The notes below the pieces were generated by a model that was not told the origin of the DNA, made no database searches, and saw only the letters and a list, made by a program, of their open reading frames with translations. The translations under genes and the position numbers were made by a program. A stretch of DNA of 64,000 nt from Ruditapes philippinarum (lineage: Eukaryota). Positions 11,674 to 25,000 of this stretch are shown here, piece by piece. Where the stretch lies: contig NW_026865402.1 of assembly GCF_026571515.1 (NCBI RefSeq), positions 186,001 to 250,000 on the forward strand. The letters are read 5' to 3'. Position 1 is the first letter of the stretch. The number at the start of each line of letters is the position of its first letter.

Positions 11674-12961
11674 ATGGAGCTAAGAGAAAGAAACAAGACA
11701 GAGGAAACTTTGAAAGAAAAACTTCGTGTAAAATGGAACACGAGAGATTTTACACCAAAGGAACAAAACAACAACTTATTTGGAATGAACTTTTTCTTCA
11801 TCTCCTTTGTGTCATTGCTAATTGAAAGTTTGTTTTATTTGGTTCCTCGAGTATATGCTGAAACGAGGTGGATCACGTCTTTGGTGACACTATTTTTGTT
11901 TTGTGAGACAATTGTAAATTGGCATAGGTCATATTTTGACACTGAAAATTATGTCAAAGCAGAAACAAAGGAAAAGTATTTCCCAGATTCAGATGAGACT
12001 CCGGCTGACTGGAAGAGCTGCTTCAAGTGCCAGGTATGCAATATTTCATTTTATTTTCCATTAAAAATGATTTTATTCGTAAGCATGTATACTTTTCTAA
12101 ACTAGACTTCCAGTATGTGAAGTACTGCAAGCCCAAATAATGTGCTCTACTGTTTCAGTTAAACACAAAAGTTGTATAAAGTATGAAGTATTTTCAATTT
12201 TTCCCATTTTTGTCAATTTTAAGGTATTTTCCACAACGGGAATCCTTGTTGGAATTCCAATGTCTGGGAAGTTACAGCCAATTCTGGGCTTGTTAAATAA
12301 TTTACTTAATACACATTCAAATCATGCTTAGGAGGATGCCCATAATTATAGCTCTGCTGATTAAGTTATAAGTTATTAAGTAATATGTTGCTATTTCACA
12401 TTGCAGGTTGATGTTCCACCAAGAGCATATCATTGCAAACACTGCGGTAAATGCATGTTGAAGCGTGTTCACCATTGTTTCCTGACAGGCTCGTGTATTG
12501 GCTTTCACAACCAGAAATTTTTCATCATGTTTTGCCTCTGGACAGCTGTTTGTCTGGGATTTTGCCTAAATCTCCAACTGTCATTCCTGCATGCAGATCT
12601 ACCTCTCAACTCATTTGAAATCTTCACATACCTTCCACCAGTTGCTCTAGTCAAATACATCATGGGATCCATCAGTTTTATGCAGGCCTTCATTGCCACA
12701 CACTGCTTTATAACTGGAGGATCATTTATAACCGCAGTATTAGCATTCCTATGGCATATTTTCCTTCTTTTCGAAGGTTTGACAATGTACGAGGGGTTCA
12801 AGGGCATTTATGGGTATGCAGGAACAAGGATGGAAAATATCACGTCTGTGTTCGGGTCAGTCTTAACCATTCCAGTTCTGTTATTTGTACCTTACAGATT
12901 TGAAAATCCAATGAATGGGATCCAGTGGAAATTGAGAAATAAGAGGGATAAGGGACATTGA
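11674..12961 (+). CDS. DHHC-family (ZDHHC22/24-like) protein S-acyltransferase, 2 exons (11674-12033, 12407-12961), 304 aa; signature reads VHHC
   Basis: ATG 11674 (MELRERNK...), donor CAG|GTATGC at 12034, acceptor TTGCAG|GTT at 12407, phase 0, stop TGA 12959-12961. The joined cysteine-rich domain reads CFKCQVDVPPRAYHCKHCGKCMLKRVHHCFLTGSCIGFHNQKFF, flanked by two hydrophobic segments on each side, with a later 'GLTMYE' (TTxE-like) motif. Confidence 0.9.
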
Positions 12962-15900
12962 TGACTGATAAAAACAAACAAGTAGCTAAATAACTTTTAC
13001 CACAAGGCATGTTGATGCAAGTTCAGTTTGTCAGCTATTACTGCAATAAGTCCTGTTATAGGAGAAAGGTGTAGTTTGATGGATTTAAGAAAGGTAGTGA
13101 CAGTAGGTCAGCAGTTATTATAATAGCAGTGAACAGGGTATTTTGTTAGACAATCAAAAGGGATTATCTAGTTTCAAAATTATTGTAACCATGCTGTATT
13201 TATTTTTTATTGAAACAGAAGTTATATCGAAAATCATTTTCTCACTTCAAAGTTCAATATTCAATGCAAAATCTTTAAATATATTAAAATATTACTCTTT
13301 GTAAAATTTAACAAATTTGTTGTTTATTCTTTATTTAGTATATATTCAATTTTTAAATAATTTTACAATTTGATTGATTCAAAAGAGACATACATGTACA
13401 TGTAGTGTAGCATCTTTCATTGCAAACAACTTATTTGTCAAACCTCAGTTTATTAAAAAAAATCATTTTTTAAAATCATAGAAAAATCCCCAATAGTTTT
13501 TTTTAGTAAAACATTCTATGTGTTGTATTTAGACAATACTGAGTAGGGCTCTTACATGTTTCAAATGCAATATTTCTTTTTATATGTTTCAAGTTATAAC
13601 TGTTATTCTTTATAGAACTTCTCATTTATTTCTACATATGTCCCTGTGATATAAATTAGTTATTGTTTAATATTTTTCATTTTAATCAGAGTTTGACAAT
13701 CTCTTCAATTAGTTAGATAATGAATTCTACATTTATACTGATATTTTACATGAATATTTATATTTTGTTCAATGTAATGTATATATCTATGTTAATTTAT
13801 ACATGTGCATAATTATCAACATCAATCTAAGTGTTGTATATATAAAGCAAAGGGTCTTGTACAAGTCCCTTCCATTTTGTAAACCTCATAATTATGTTTG
13901 CTCAAATCCAGAATATTTCATATTAAAAGTAAATTATGTGAAGAAAAATCATGTGTAATTTTCTGTTTCCCATCATGTGAACTAGACTGAATTTATAAAT
14001 TACTTGCATATGTGTTAAGTATATATAAAGTGTTTGGATACGGGCATAACTTACATGTTTTGGGTTCAATCAGCTAATAAATGAGCTGGGTACTAGGGCA
14101 AATTATCAATTTATTTTAGCTTGTGAAACAAGTGCTTCCTGGACAATATTGCCCTAGTAGGGTTCCCACCCAAGATCCATGGGTTGGGAGACTAAGACCT
14201 TTACCACTTGGCCACTGCTCCTCTTAATTTTAGTTGAAGTAGTAATGAACCAAAGTTTGCAAATCAGTTTCTCAGGTGTCTTGTCATGTTGAAATGTCCA
14301 TGTTCAGTATAAATGCAGTTAACTGTAATCCAAGTCAGCACTGTGTGAACTTTTAAAAACAAACTACCAGCTTCCCAGAAATTTAGGTAAGCATAGTTTA
14401 CATAACTGAATTTAACAAATTTCATGTCCTTGAACTAACTGGTCATATGAGGAAATTAGGTCGTGAACCTAGCAAAGCTTAAACCCATGATCCATTACTT
14501 GAGAGGCAGACACCTTTACCACTAGGCCATTTATACAGTACAGTTTATGTAGTAGAATGTAATACTGGTTTATAATGCATACAAACAATAAGACTACATA
14601 CAATGTACTTGTAAATGCAAGAAGTCAAAGAAATCTAAACATCCATTAAACTTACGGTTTACTTAAGTACTTAATTAAATAATCCTCTTTTGGAAAAACA
14701 GCTATTCAACTTATCAAGTTTAAACAAGTTTTAATAATATGTTTGATATTTGGGTGATTTTACTGTAGTGAAGATTAAATCTGGAAATAGACATGTTGTC
14801 TAAATACATGTAATGACAAAAACAAAATAATTTGAATGTTTTGCAGTCAAAGATTAATTCTTTTACAGCAGTTGGATTATAAGGTTCCTTTAACAAATAT
14901 AGTTGAAAAGCAAATGTACATATTTTAATTAAACAATTCTGTATATTTTTAGAAGTTTTATTTTGGCATATATAGATTTCCTTTCTTTGCATCTAAATTT
15001 ATTTTATCCTTGACTAGATTTTTCATTTTGTCAAGCAGCTATATGGAATTATACTACAGCTTGCACCCAAAGACAATAAACATGCAAATAATTTTAACTA
15101 TACTGTTTTTTTTTTTTTTTACAACTTAAAACAGAAACAACAACTAAATTGTAGTGCTATTAGTTTAAGCCACCTAGTAAAATGGTTTATTGTTCTGAAA
15201 ATACAAAGTATTGGAACATGGAAATCAGAATTTGTACCTGAGCAGAATAATTTAAAAAGGTCATAGGAATCACAAATGACACAAGCAGACAGTGAACTAA
15301 AGACCATAAACCTCTGGTATTGGAAGCTTAAAGCCTCTTCCCAATCCCTAATTGTGCATTAATGACGAAGTGAGTACTACAAGAACAAGGTCGCTGTACC
15401 TTAAATAAATGACAAATGGGTGCAAACTAGTAAGCATGTTCATTTCACATCTTACATAATAAATATTTTATTATTTACATATTCATCAATCGTCTGATAC
15501 CCAGGGCCTGACAATTTACATTAATACTATGTTACATGTTGGTATCTGACAATGATTTCACCCTGTCTCTGCATGTTTCAAATTTATCTAAATGAACATT
15601 TTAATAAACATATAAAAGTATCAAAGTAATATTTAAAAGGAATAACATTTATTTCAATTATCTTCCTTACAGTTTAACAAGAAGAATGTTTAATCATTTA
15701 AATCACAGATTACAGACAGTTAAGTCTGAATTCCCGATTTCATTCCGGATCATTTAAGCAGATTCACCCGATCAAGAATGCTGGTGGGAAGTACAGAGTA
15801 CCAGTTTTTGACATTAAAATCTGAATTCTCAAATTCATTTCAGAATTATATGATATAACATAAGAACTGCATGTATATGTCATATGAGCAGATTCACCCT

Positions 15901-16081
15901 ACCATGTCACTACTGTTTATCTCACTGTTGCCATGGTAACAATCAACTTTCAATTATTGTTTCTTATTCTGGATATGTAACAGTTCACAAAACAATGCCC
16001 ATAGAGTGTTGTTCAGCATTTCTAATGCAGCTTAATATAAGCATATACATGTATCTCTGTCTGTTTGCCTGTCTGTCTGGA

Positions 16082-19000
16082 TCACTGAGATTTAGTAACT
16101 ATAAGAACAGCTGATGGAACAAGACCTGTAAAATATAAGAAAAATATATGTGACATATGTAATGCAAAACCTTAACCAGGATTTTGCAAGTTATTAAAAG
16201 GGCAGTTACAATCCATGCAACAGTTATCTTGAAACATGATTAAATATTGAAGTGCAAAGTATAAGTTGAACACAGCACTTTAGAAAGTGTTATGCCAATG
16301 ATAATGCAAGATTAAGTAACATAGCCAAACAATTCTTTGATTGTCACTTATATGTCAAACACCGAAATCGACCAGCATTTTTATGCCTTTATATTTATAA
16401 TCTAAGGTAGTTTCTTTATATGTTTCTTCTGAATTTAGTGCATTTTTTTTTATTTAAATGGGTTAGGGTCTTGCCTTTTCATTTTCATCATGCTTGAAAA
16501 ATAATGAGTTAAAATAAATTATTTATTAACATTAAATAATTTTGAACTTAATGACTCGTTGTCACATTGTCCAATCAAAGAACGGTATAATTGTTAAAGT
16601 TAACAACAACAGAAGAATATTCTATCCTTTAAATAAAACAAAACCCAGCATATTAAATTAATAAATGATAACTAACATTGTACATACCTAATTCTGTAAG
16701 AGGTTTTTCATAGTCTTCTCCAGCAAATACTTTTCTAGGGAATGATGTCATTAAAGAGAAATTTCCTTTACTATCAGTTCTATTCATTTCTATATATAAT
16801 CGAACTGCAGCTAATGGTTCCTTGGCTTTAAATGTTTGAGTCAGTGCTTGACCATTTGTTAACCTTATCTGAAATTATAGTACATGTATTAATTATTTTT
16901 TGAAATAATTATTGAGAAATAAATGTTTAATAATATAGAACGTCTTTACAAATATTCATGGTATGCCAAAAATGTTAGTAAACAAAAGCTGTCTGTGAGA
17001 CAGCACACTTGACTAAAGGTAAAAATATCACTGAAAATTATTTTATGCACTTAGAGGGAAGAAAGTTAAAAATGTTCAAATAAAACCAGGAATTTAATCA
17101 AAACTGATGAATAGACAATTAAATGAAGGAACATAAAACAATTTACAAAACATTGATGTTATAGTCATGAATTTATCTTAAATCTCACGACAGCTGTAAA
17201 CAAAACAGGTACAGTTCAAAATTTGTCTTTCCAAACTGTGATTATTTTCCTGTTTTTTGAAAAAAATCACATCATCAAACAGGAAAAAATATCCAATGTC
17301 TTTCAATGGGACATAAATTGTTTCAAAAACATCGGGAAGTTCAACAGTGTTATTCTTAATGGCAAAAAGACGTAATGTTGAAAATAACAGACTTTTAACC
17401 AATACACACTATGAGATTCAATTGTTTCCTTTATTACCAATATCACGAGAGGACAATTACCTGTAACCGTGTTTCTGTGTAATCTTTCTTCTCTGCCGGT
17501 GCCGATGCTGCAGGTGGTGTGGGTGATGTACTAGCTTGAGGTGTGGAAGTTGATGCTGGTGTGGATTCCTGATTCTGCTTCGCAAACTGTTAAATGTCAA
17601 ACATACTGGTAAATATATAGTCTGCATCCATTTCAACTTAAACCTTAATTTGCTGGGAGAGTGGATTGAACTGAATTCACCCTTGTGATCAGTGCAGACC
17701 AAGATCAGTTAGCACATCTAAGCAGTTTGATCATGGTTTGCACTGTTTGCTATTCAGTTAGTATATATGAATATGATACCTAAAATGATAAATGGTTTTT
17801 GCCCAGATTAAAAGATGGACAAATCCATTGAAGATATTTAGCATAACAAGGGTTAAAATAACAATTTTAACTTCATTCCTTGTTCAAATGTAAACTGTTT
17901 TTAATAAGGTACAGATAACTGTCCAAAGTTTATAATAATTATGATTATCACTTAAAAATTAGATATGCTTTATATTGATCTAATGGTGTCTTTAGTAACA
18001 ATTCATTATCACTAACATCAGAAATTATGAATTGATATAACTATAGATGTAGATACATTTTCTCTTATTTAAATCAGGCATTTGAAATTTCCTTCGTTTT
18101 TAGATAACCTTTCATGCAGAAATTCTACAACTCAGAAATATCCATGGTTCTTAATCATGCTTTATGGAAACAATTACCACACAGAACTTTGGTTTTATGT
18201 CACACCCAACAGTAACTTTTAGATGGTGTAGCAGGGGCTGAAAATCACACATTCATGCTATTGTGGTCAAAAAAGGAACCACTGAAAAAGGCTTGTTTTT
18301 ACTAGATTTGCATTAATGACAGGTATTTAAAGCTTATATAGCTCAGGGTTTTCATTTTTATCTGACGCATCAGATGTGCCAACAAAACAGCTGATTTTAA
18401 CAGATGATATGGATAGCCAATCTGTTAATAATACACACCCTGTAGCTACATTGTACACTGAATAAGGGGTGTCATGTTTATGCGTTGAAACGATTACGGT
18501 TGGTTTTTAGCAAAAAAAAACAACGGTTAGAAAATTCAGTTACCGGTAACCGAGGTAAGTATTTGATTACAGGGGCGAAAAAGTTTTAAATTGATTCAAA
18601 ATATTATTTAGTTTTTATAACAAAATATGACAATTGTTTGTATTTTAGTTGTACTCAACAATGTATCTATTTTCGGATCTGATCGAATACGATACGACCT
18701 TTCACGGAAAATAGATACTCCATATTCTGATATGTATTGTAATCATTTTGAGTACAACAATATATGTACAAAATGGCATATTCTGTCATAAAGAAACAAA
18801 CTCGATTTTGAAAATCTAAGGATTTTATTAGTACGGTCGGTTAAACGTTTAGCACGGTTATTACGTCGCCGTTTTAACGGTGAACATTTTTTCTAAACGT
18901 GACACCACTACATTTAATGATACAGTTAAATGATATATATCAAAATATATCACCTTTGCAGCTCTTTCTCTCTTATCTTTCTCTATCTGTTCTTTTACTT

Positions 19001-22000
19001 TTTGTCTGAAAAAAAGAAAAAAATCATTTTTTTTTTGCTTAAAATTAGTTATAGCTAGAAAACCATAAGCTTCACATATTTCTATCAATAACTAAAATAG
19101 TTACATAGTTGTATGTGCTCTTTTCTTTTTTTTTAAAGACAAAATGGTAAAGTTTTCTTAAACAATAAAGTGTAAATGGTTATGATTGTATGTATAAGAT
19201 ATTAAGAATTGTTATTACTACTTAAGATATAGTATAAAGAACTGAGGGACTTCTCGTATCATAGTAACCTATCAGTAAACCTACAAACATTAAAAAAAAA
19301 CTCAAAGCCAAGGTTTGTCAAATTTTGGGTGTGATCGGCAGGTCCCTATAATGGTATGATGCCCTTAGTGGTGGGTACCATTTCAATTTATCACATTAAT
19401 GTATTAAACTAAAATAGAAAGGGTTGTACAGGAAAATATTTATATTACTAATAAACAACATTATAAGTATATGAACCATTTATTAACCGAGAATTTAGCC
19501 TTACCTTTATGACCTTGACCTTTATCAATGAGAATGATAAAGATAAGTGTCACTTACCTTGCCATTTTCTCCTCCATTTTGTCTCTTCTTCTTTGTTCAG
19601 CTATTTTCTTCATTTCTATTTCTGCTAACCTGAATATTTATAAAATAATTAATAAACATAGCAATTTAAAGCATTTTATCAGACATGTTTTACACGGAGA
19701 AGCAAATTTCCTTTCATTAAAGGACATCTTAACAATTATCAAGCTAAATTTGTATAATGAATTGTCTTGCTCTAAATTTGAAACTGTGCATTACCAATGC
19801 ATGGGACTTCAACAACAATATTATTTTAAGCTGCCAACAGTATATACAGCTTTGCCAGTCTAGCCTGATAATATACAGACAGCTATGGCAAGCCATATTG
19901 CTGTGACACTATAATAAGTTTTATTGGATAAAATTTCAATTGTATAACAGTGTGTAAAATCATGTTAACTATTACCCTAACAGGTCCAGCAGATTGTATA
20001 TAAGTTCTTATTTTAAAATTAGGTTCAGTTCCATTTTGTCAGTCTTTCACAAACTACAAATTAACCAGTTATCATTCTTACAAGTATTTCATGCTTTTTA
20101 TTATCTCCTTTCTAAAATTATGACGGCCATTTCTGACTTACATTTACAGAAATATTTCATTCAAATTTCAAGAACATTAAAAGACTATAATAACATGCAA
20201 TAAAATTGACATGAAATATTTACTTTTCTTTTGACGCTACAACATCTTTTCCAAATGTTCTACGCTGTTTTTCTCGCTGTATAGCTTCTTTTCTTTCTTC
20301 TGCCTCTCTTTCTAATCGCTTCTGTTTCAACTTTTCTTGAAGCCTGCAATCAAACAAAAGATGGATGAAGACTAGAGTCTACAACTTTATTCTTTAACCC
20401 TAAGTTTGTAATCAACTTATCTATTTTGTCGGAATTTAACTGATTTCAGTTACAAATTAAAAAAACTCTTAGTAGTGGCTGGCCTGGCACTAAACAAGTG
20501 GCCTACATGTATGTCTGCCAATATTGTCATTAGCAATGAAACAGTTGAAATATATTCAGCCCTCATAGCTCAATCGGTTAGAGCTTGTAGTCTCAACATT
20601 GTGGGTTCAAATCTGTGGCTGTCCAACTAACATTACTAATCAGTCTTTTGGTTGATACTTTAAATTAAGGTCCCTTGTACCAGTGCTTGAACACTTAAGA
20701 AACAGGAGAAACTTCTGAAATTGGGGTATCTTTCTGTATCTGAATCAAGGACTATCCACCAAAATCTAACATCACTAATTCTCTTCTGGAGGACTTCCTG
20801 ATATGGGCAATCGGTAGGGAGCATAAATAAACTCAAATACACAAACACAAATTGATATAACATATAGATAAAGCTTCAAAATTTTGAAATCCTGTTATGG
20901 AAATTTTTTCTTCATGGTATGTCCATTATAATATTTTCAGCTATGTTTTTTTTCATTACTGATAAAGTGCAGGGTTTGTTTGTTTTTGTTGTTTTTTTTA
21001 AGATTGTACATTTAACAAAGTAATAATTTCACAGAAAACTATTGACCTGCTTAATTTAATAATGTCAATGATAATTGAATTAAGACCCTGGAAAAGAATG
21101 CTTACTTTCTAAGTTGTTCTTGTTTCTCCTCCTGTGATAATGGTTTAACCTCATCAACTGACTCTGAGAAACTTGCATGCTGTGTTTTAGCTGCATGAAA
21201 CTGTACTGCATCTTCATCTTTCAATAACTTACCACATCTGAAATATAATTTATTATAAACTAGTAATGTATTGTATATCTGTTTATCTAACGATATATTG
21301 CATCTGATATAAACCATACATTAATGTGCTATATTTACATAATATGACAAAACCATAAAAAATTTGTGAAATATACTTCTTGTATTACATGAACACCTGA
21401 CAGAAATGAAAATAATATTGTATATAGGAGTATGAAACCCTGGAGAATCAATTATGATATTGCTGTACATATTTTGTTATGATCTTATGTTACTGGAACT
21501 AATTTTACAATATTATATTATATTAAAATATGAGCTTGGAAAATTTAAGGTGATGAGTGTGCCCTCCCCCTCACCTTTAAATCGCACCAGATCTGAGAAG
21601 CCCAAACATGCACTCTGCACAGTGTATTGTTTTGGTTAACATTTCTATCAATTATAATTTTCTTATGTCAGTTCAAGGAAACAGAGCAGACACAATTTGA
21701 AAATGGCGGAAGGACCACCGAGGACAGACCCATATTGTTTGAAGTTCCTTCAGGGATATAAAGCGTAGTTACCAAGAGTCTGACAGAACCAAAAACACCC
21801 TTCTTTATGACAGAGATATGCATGTTTAAACAATTATTGATTTGAGCAGTCAAGGAAAGCCTGACACAAACTTACTCATCACATTTAAAAGACTTTGCTT
21901 CTAGAGGTGGTTGTGTTTCATTATCTCCCCCTGCTGTACCATCAGCCTCTACTACTTCTGGTTTTGGTTCTGTAGAGGCACTGTCCATGGCTTCAGGCTC

Positions 22001-25000
22001 CGGTTCTGTGGAGGTACTGCCCAGTGTGTGACCTTGAGGTTCTGCCATGGGAACATCTATATCTGCATCCTCTTCATGAGCAAACAACCTGAATATCATG
22101 TTGTGTGAATTTGTAAAAATTTGTAAGAACCCTGTCTTAATTAAGCTAAGCTAAGGTACATGAATGTGAAATGCAATCTTTACATTTGTAAATGTTTAAA
22201 TCAATTTTGAATTTTTTCTAAGCTATATTGACAATATAGAATATCAATATCCATAGTGAAACATGTACATACAGTACTCATAATATGCAACAAATAATGA
22301 ATTAAGATACAATTTTTGAATTACTGTTTGACTTGTATTACAACTGATACTAAATAGAAAGTATTCTGCATAAACTAGATAATAGATTTAAAGATTTTTG
22401 CAAATCAGCTGTAATAATTAGCGAGCAACACAAATTATAAAAACCATGATTTAGATTCTTCTTGTCCTAGTTTGAAGATGAAAAATGAAAAAAAAGGGAT
22501 TTTGAAAAATGTTAGCCAATTTACAAAAAAAAGTACAATTTATATCTGTCAAAAAGAAAACCAAAAACAACAACACTTTTCTACACCAAACAATTCTGGG
22601 CATTACTAGATACAATATAGCAATGCACTGGCGATTCATTACGGTTCTTCTAGTCACTGTGGTAGGAATATTTTAGAACAGAAAATTGTGTTCTAGATTT
22701 GCATGGACTAATAACTAAAAGTCTGACATGATTTAGTTTAAATTCACTATGTAAGCACCACTTAAAATATATATAAATAGTTTAATCATACAGATATAGT
22801 AGCACATACCATTCCATAGCCTGCTGTACACCTTGAAACTGTGTCTTTGCAAGAGCCTTTTCTCTGTAACAAATTAACAATTGAAATAAAGCATAGAGTA
22901 CTATTTCATGAATGATAAGGTGTTAAATTCATTACCTTCAATGTGAGACAGTAAGGTTGTGAGGTGGTGATTAAGGGTCATAAAGGTTTAATGATAAATT
23001 AATCTACTCCATTCATTTGTTTCAATACAAGTAGCAATTGAAGTGGTTAAAGATATGTTCTGGTATGTCATGTCACAAATTAATAACTGAAATAAATCAC
23101 AAATAAGTAAACACAATTAATAAGCAATCACATTTTCCCTTTTTTATACTAAGGGTGCCATGAAGTGCACAATACGTTGAGGGCTTACATAGGTTAAAAA
23201 GGCTAACATTTTGATTTGTCTGTTTTGGGTTTGATCTTTCTCTAGATGAATGCAAACAAGTCGGATCAGCCTCAAAATAAGTCAAATCGGCCTCAATACA
23301 TCTTTAAAAAGTAAAATTGCCCCCAAAATTAGTCAAGTTAAATCGGCCCTAGAATTACTTTTGTGAAACATTTTACTTTGGATTAAATTGGATTCAAGAA
23401 GGTTATTAACTGATAATTGCACTTAAACATAAACATAACTTAAGTCATTATGAAATAACAGCTTGATGCTAGTGATTCTTGTTATGAATGTTATTAAGCA
23501 TGTGTTATTTTTGTTGATTCATTCCTAACTTCACTTACAATTAAATTTTTTTCATTCATATAATTGTCTGTCTGCATTTTGAAGTAAAATAATTTTGTGA
23601 GAAACAAACAATTATCCTGTGTCTTTTATCAATTCATGCATTGAATACAGAGATTTTAACATTTTTTTTGTGAATTGGATGCATTCTATTTAGGGCTGCA
23701 ACAATACACAAAAAGTTTGATTTGATTCAATTTCCATTTCAGACACCAAGATTCCATTTTTTTCGATTTGATACATTCGTGATTACTCTTTAGTTGAAAA
23801 TTCTGCTTATTTTCTGTAAAAGTCAGTGGCCCCTTGACAATTTTTTTAAAATTATTATTATATTTATTATCTTTATTTTTTTAGTTGTCTCAACTTATTT
23901 TATCCCTAACTTATTATTAGTAGTACATAGTACTGGACCATGTTTATAGGCAAATATCTATACCGACAAGAAGTCAGTCTCGGTTTCTCACCGTCAAGAA
24001 CTCGGCCATCTTCGTATCATTGATATTACATTACATATTACATACCGACAAGAAATGTGTTCATGTCTACCGACAAGAAACGTGTTCATGTCTAGACTAC
24101 CGACAAGAAATGTGTTCATGTCTACCAACAAGAAATGTGTTCATGTCTACCGACAAGAAATGTGTTAATGTCTACCTACAAGAAATGTGTTCATGTCTAA
24201 CGACAAGAAATATGTTCATGTCTAACGACAAGAAATGTGTTCATGTCTAACGACAAGAAATTTGTTCATGTCTACCTACAAAAATATCATCATGTATTTC
24301 TTCATGTTTTCGAAGATTCAATTCAATTTTTTTATTAGCATATATACATATAACATATTCAGGGCAATAAAAATATTTTTTCAAGAACAAATTTAAAATT
24401 TGATTGCTCAAAACAAAATTGAGTGATATTACTCAATTAAAGCTTGTGTGCGTGTGTTTCTCACTCAGTTAGCTTTGAGCGATTTAACTTAATCAAAGTT
24501 GTGAAAAACTTTAAAGGTGTATTGCCCTTGTTCATAGTAAACGCTTGAGGTGAAAAGGTGCTAAAACAATTTCGAAATGAAAAGCTGCGAAAGAAAGAGA
24601 TAATTCATGCAATTTCAATTCAATATCTTTATTGCCGGGCTGGCCAACTATCCTTCAAAATATAAAATGACTAACACTCTTCTGGAGGACTGCCCATATG
24701 GGCAACCAGTGGTGTGTATAAATACATGTATTTGCTATTTTAGTGCAATCAATATTATGAATTGTGATCAACTGTATTTTTGTTGTTGCTTTATAAAGAT
24801 TTATATTTGATTATTTTAGATAATTTGAAAAATCACAGATATTGTAGAAAACATTGTACGTCAAGAAGACATGTCTTCTTGTTAATTATAATGTAAATAA
24901 GAAATAGTATAAATCAGATTGTAGAATGTTTTGATGTTCTTTCTCTTTTGTATCATACATGTCATAGGGGAAAATAATAACACATTCCCTGTTGTCACAA

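Noticed and set aside
12505-12807. Antisense ORFs overlapping real exons (also 19528-19863, 21911-22108, 46736-46999, 55517-55753)
   Set aside because: Shadow frames opposite genuine coding exons.
14150-14535. Two minus-strand tRNA-like A-box segments (TGGCCAAGTGGTAAAGG, TGGCCTAGTGGTAAAGG)
   Set aside because: No intact B-box or cloverleaf; these are decayed SINE heads, not tRNA genes.
24020-24250. Cys-rich repetitive 76-aa ORF and CRISPR-like periodicity
   Set aside because: It is the translation of a 25-bp head-to-tail repeat with no unique spacers, in eukaryotic context with no cas genes.
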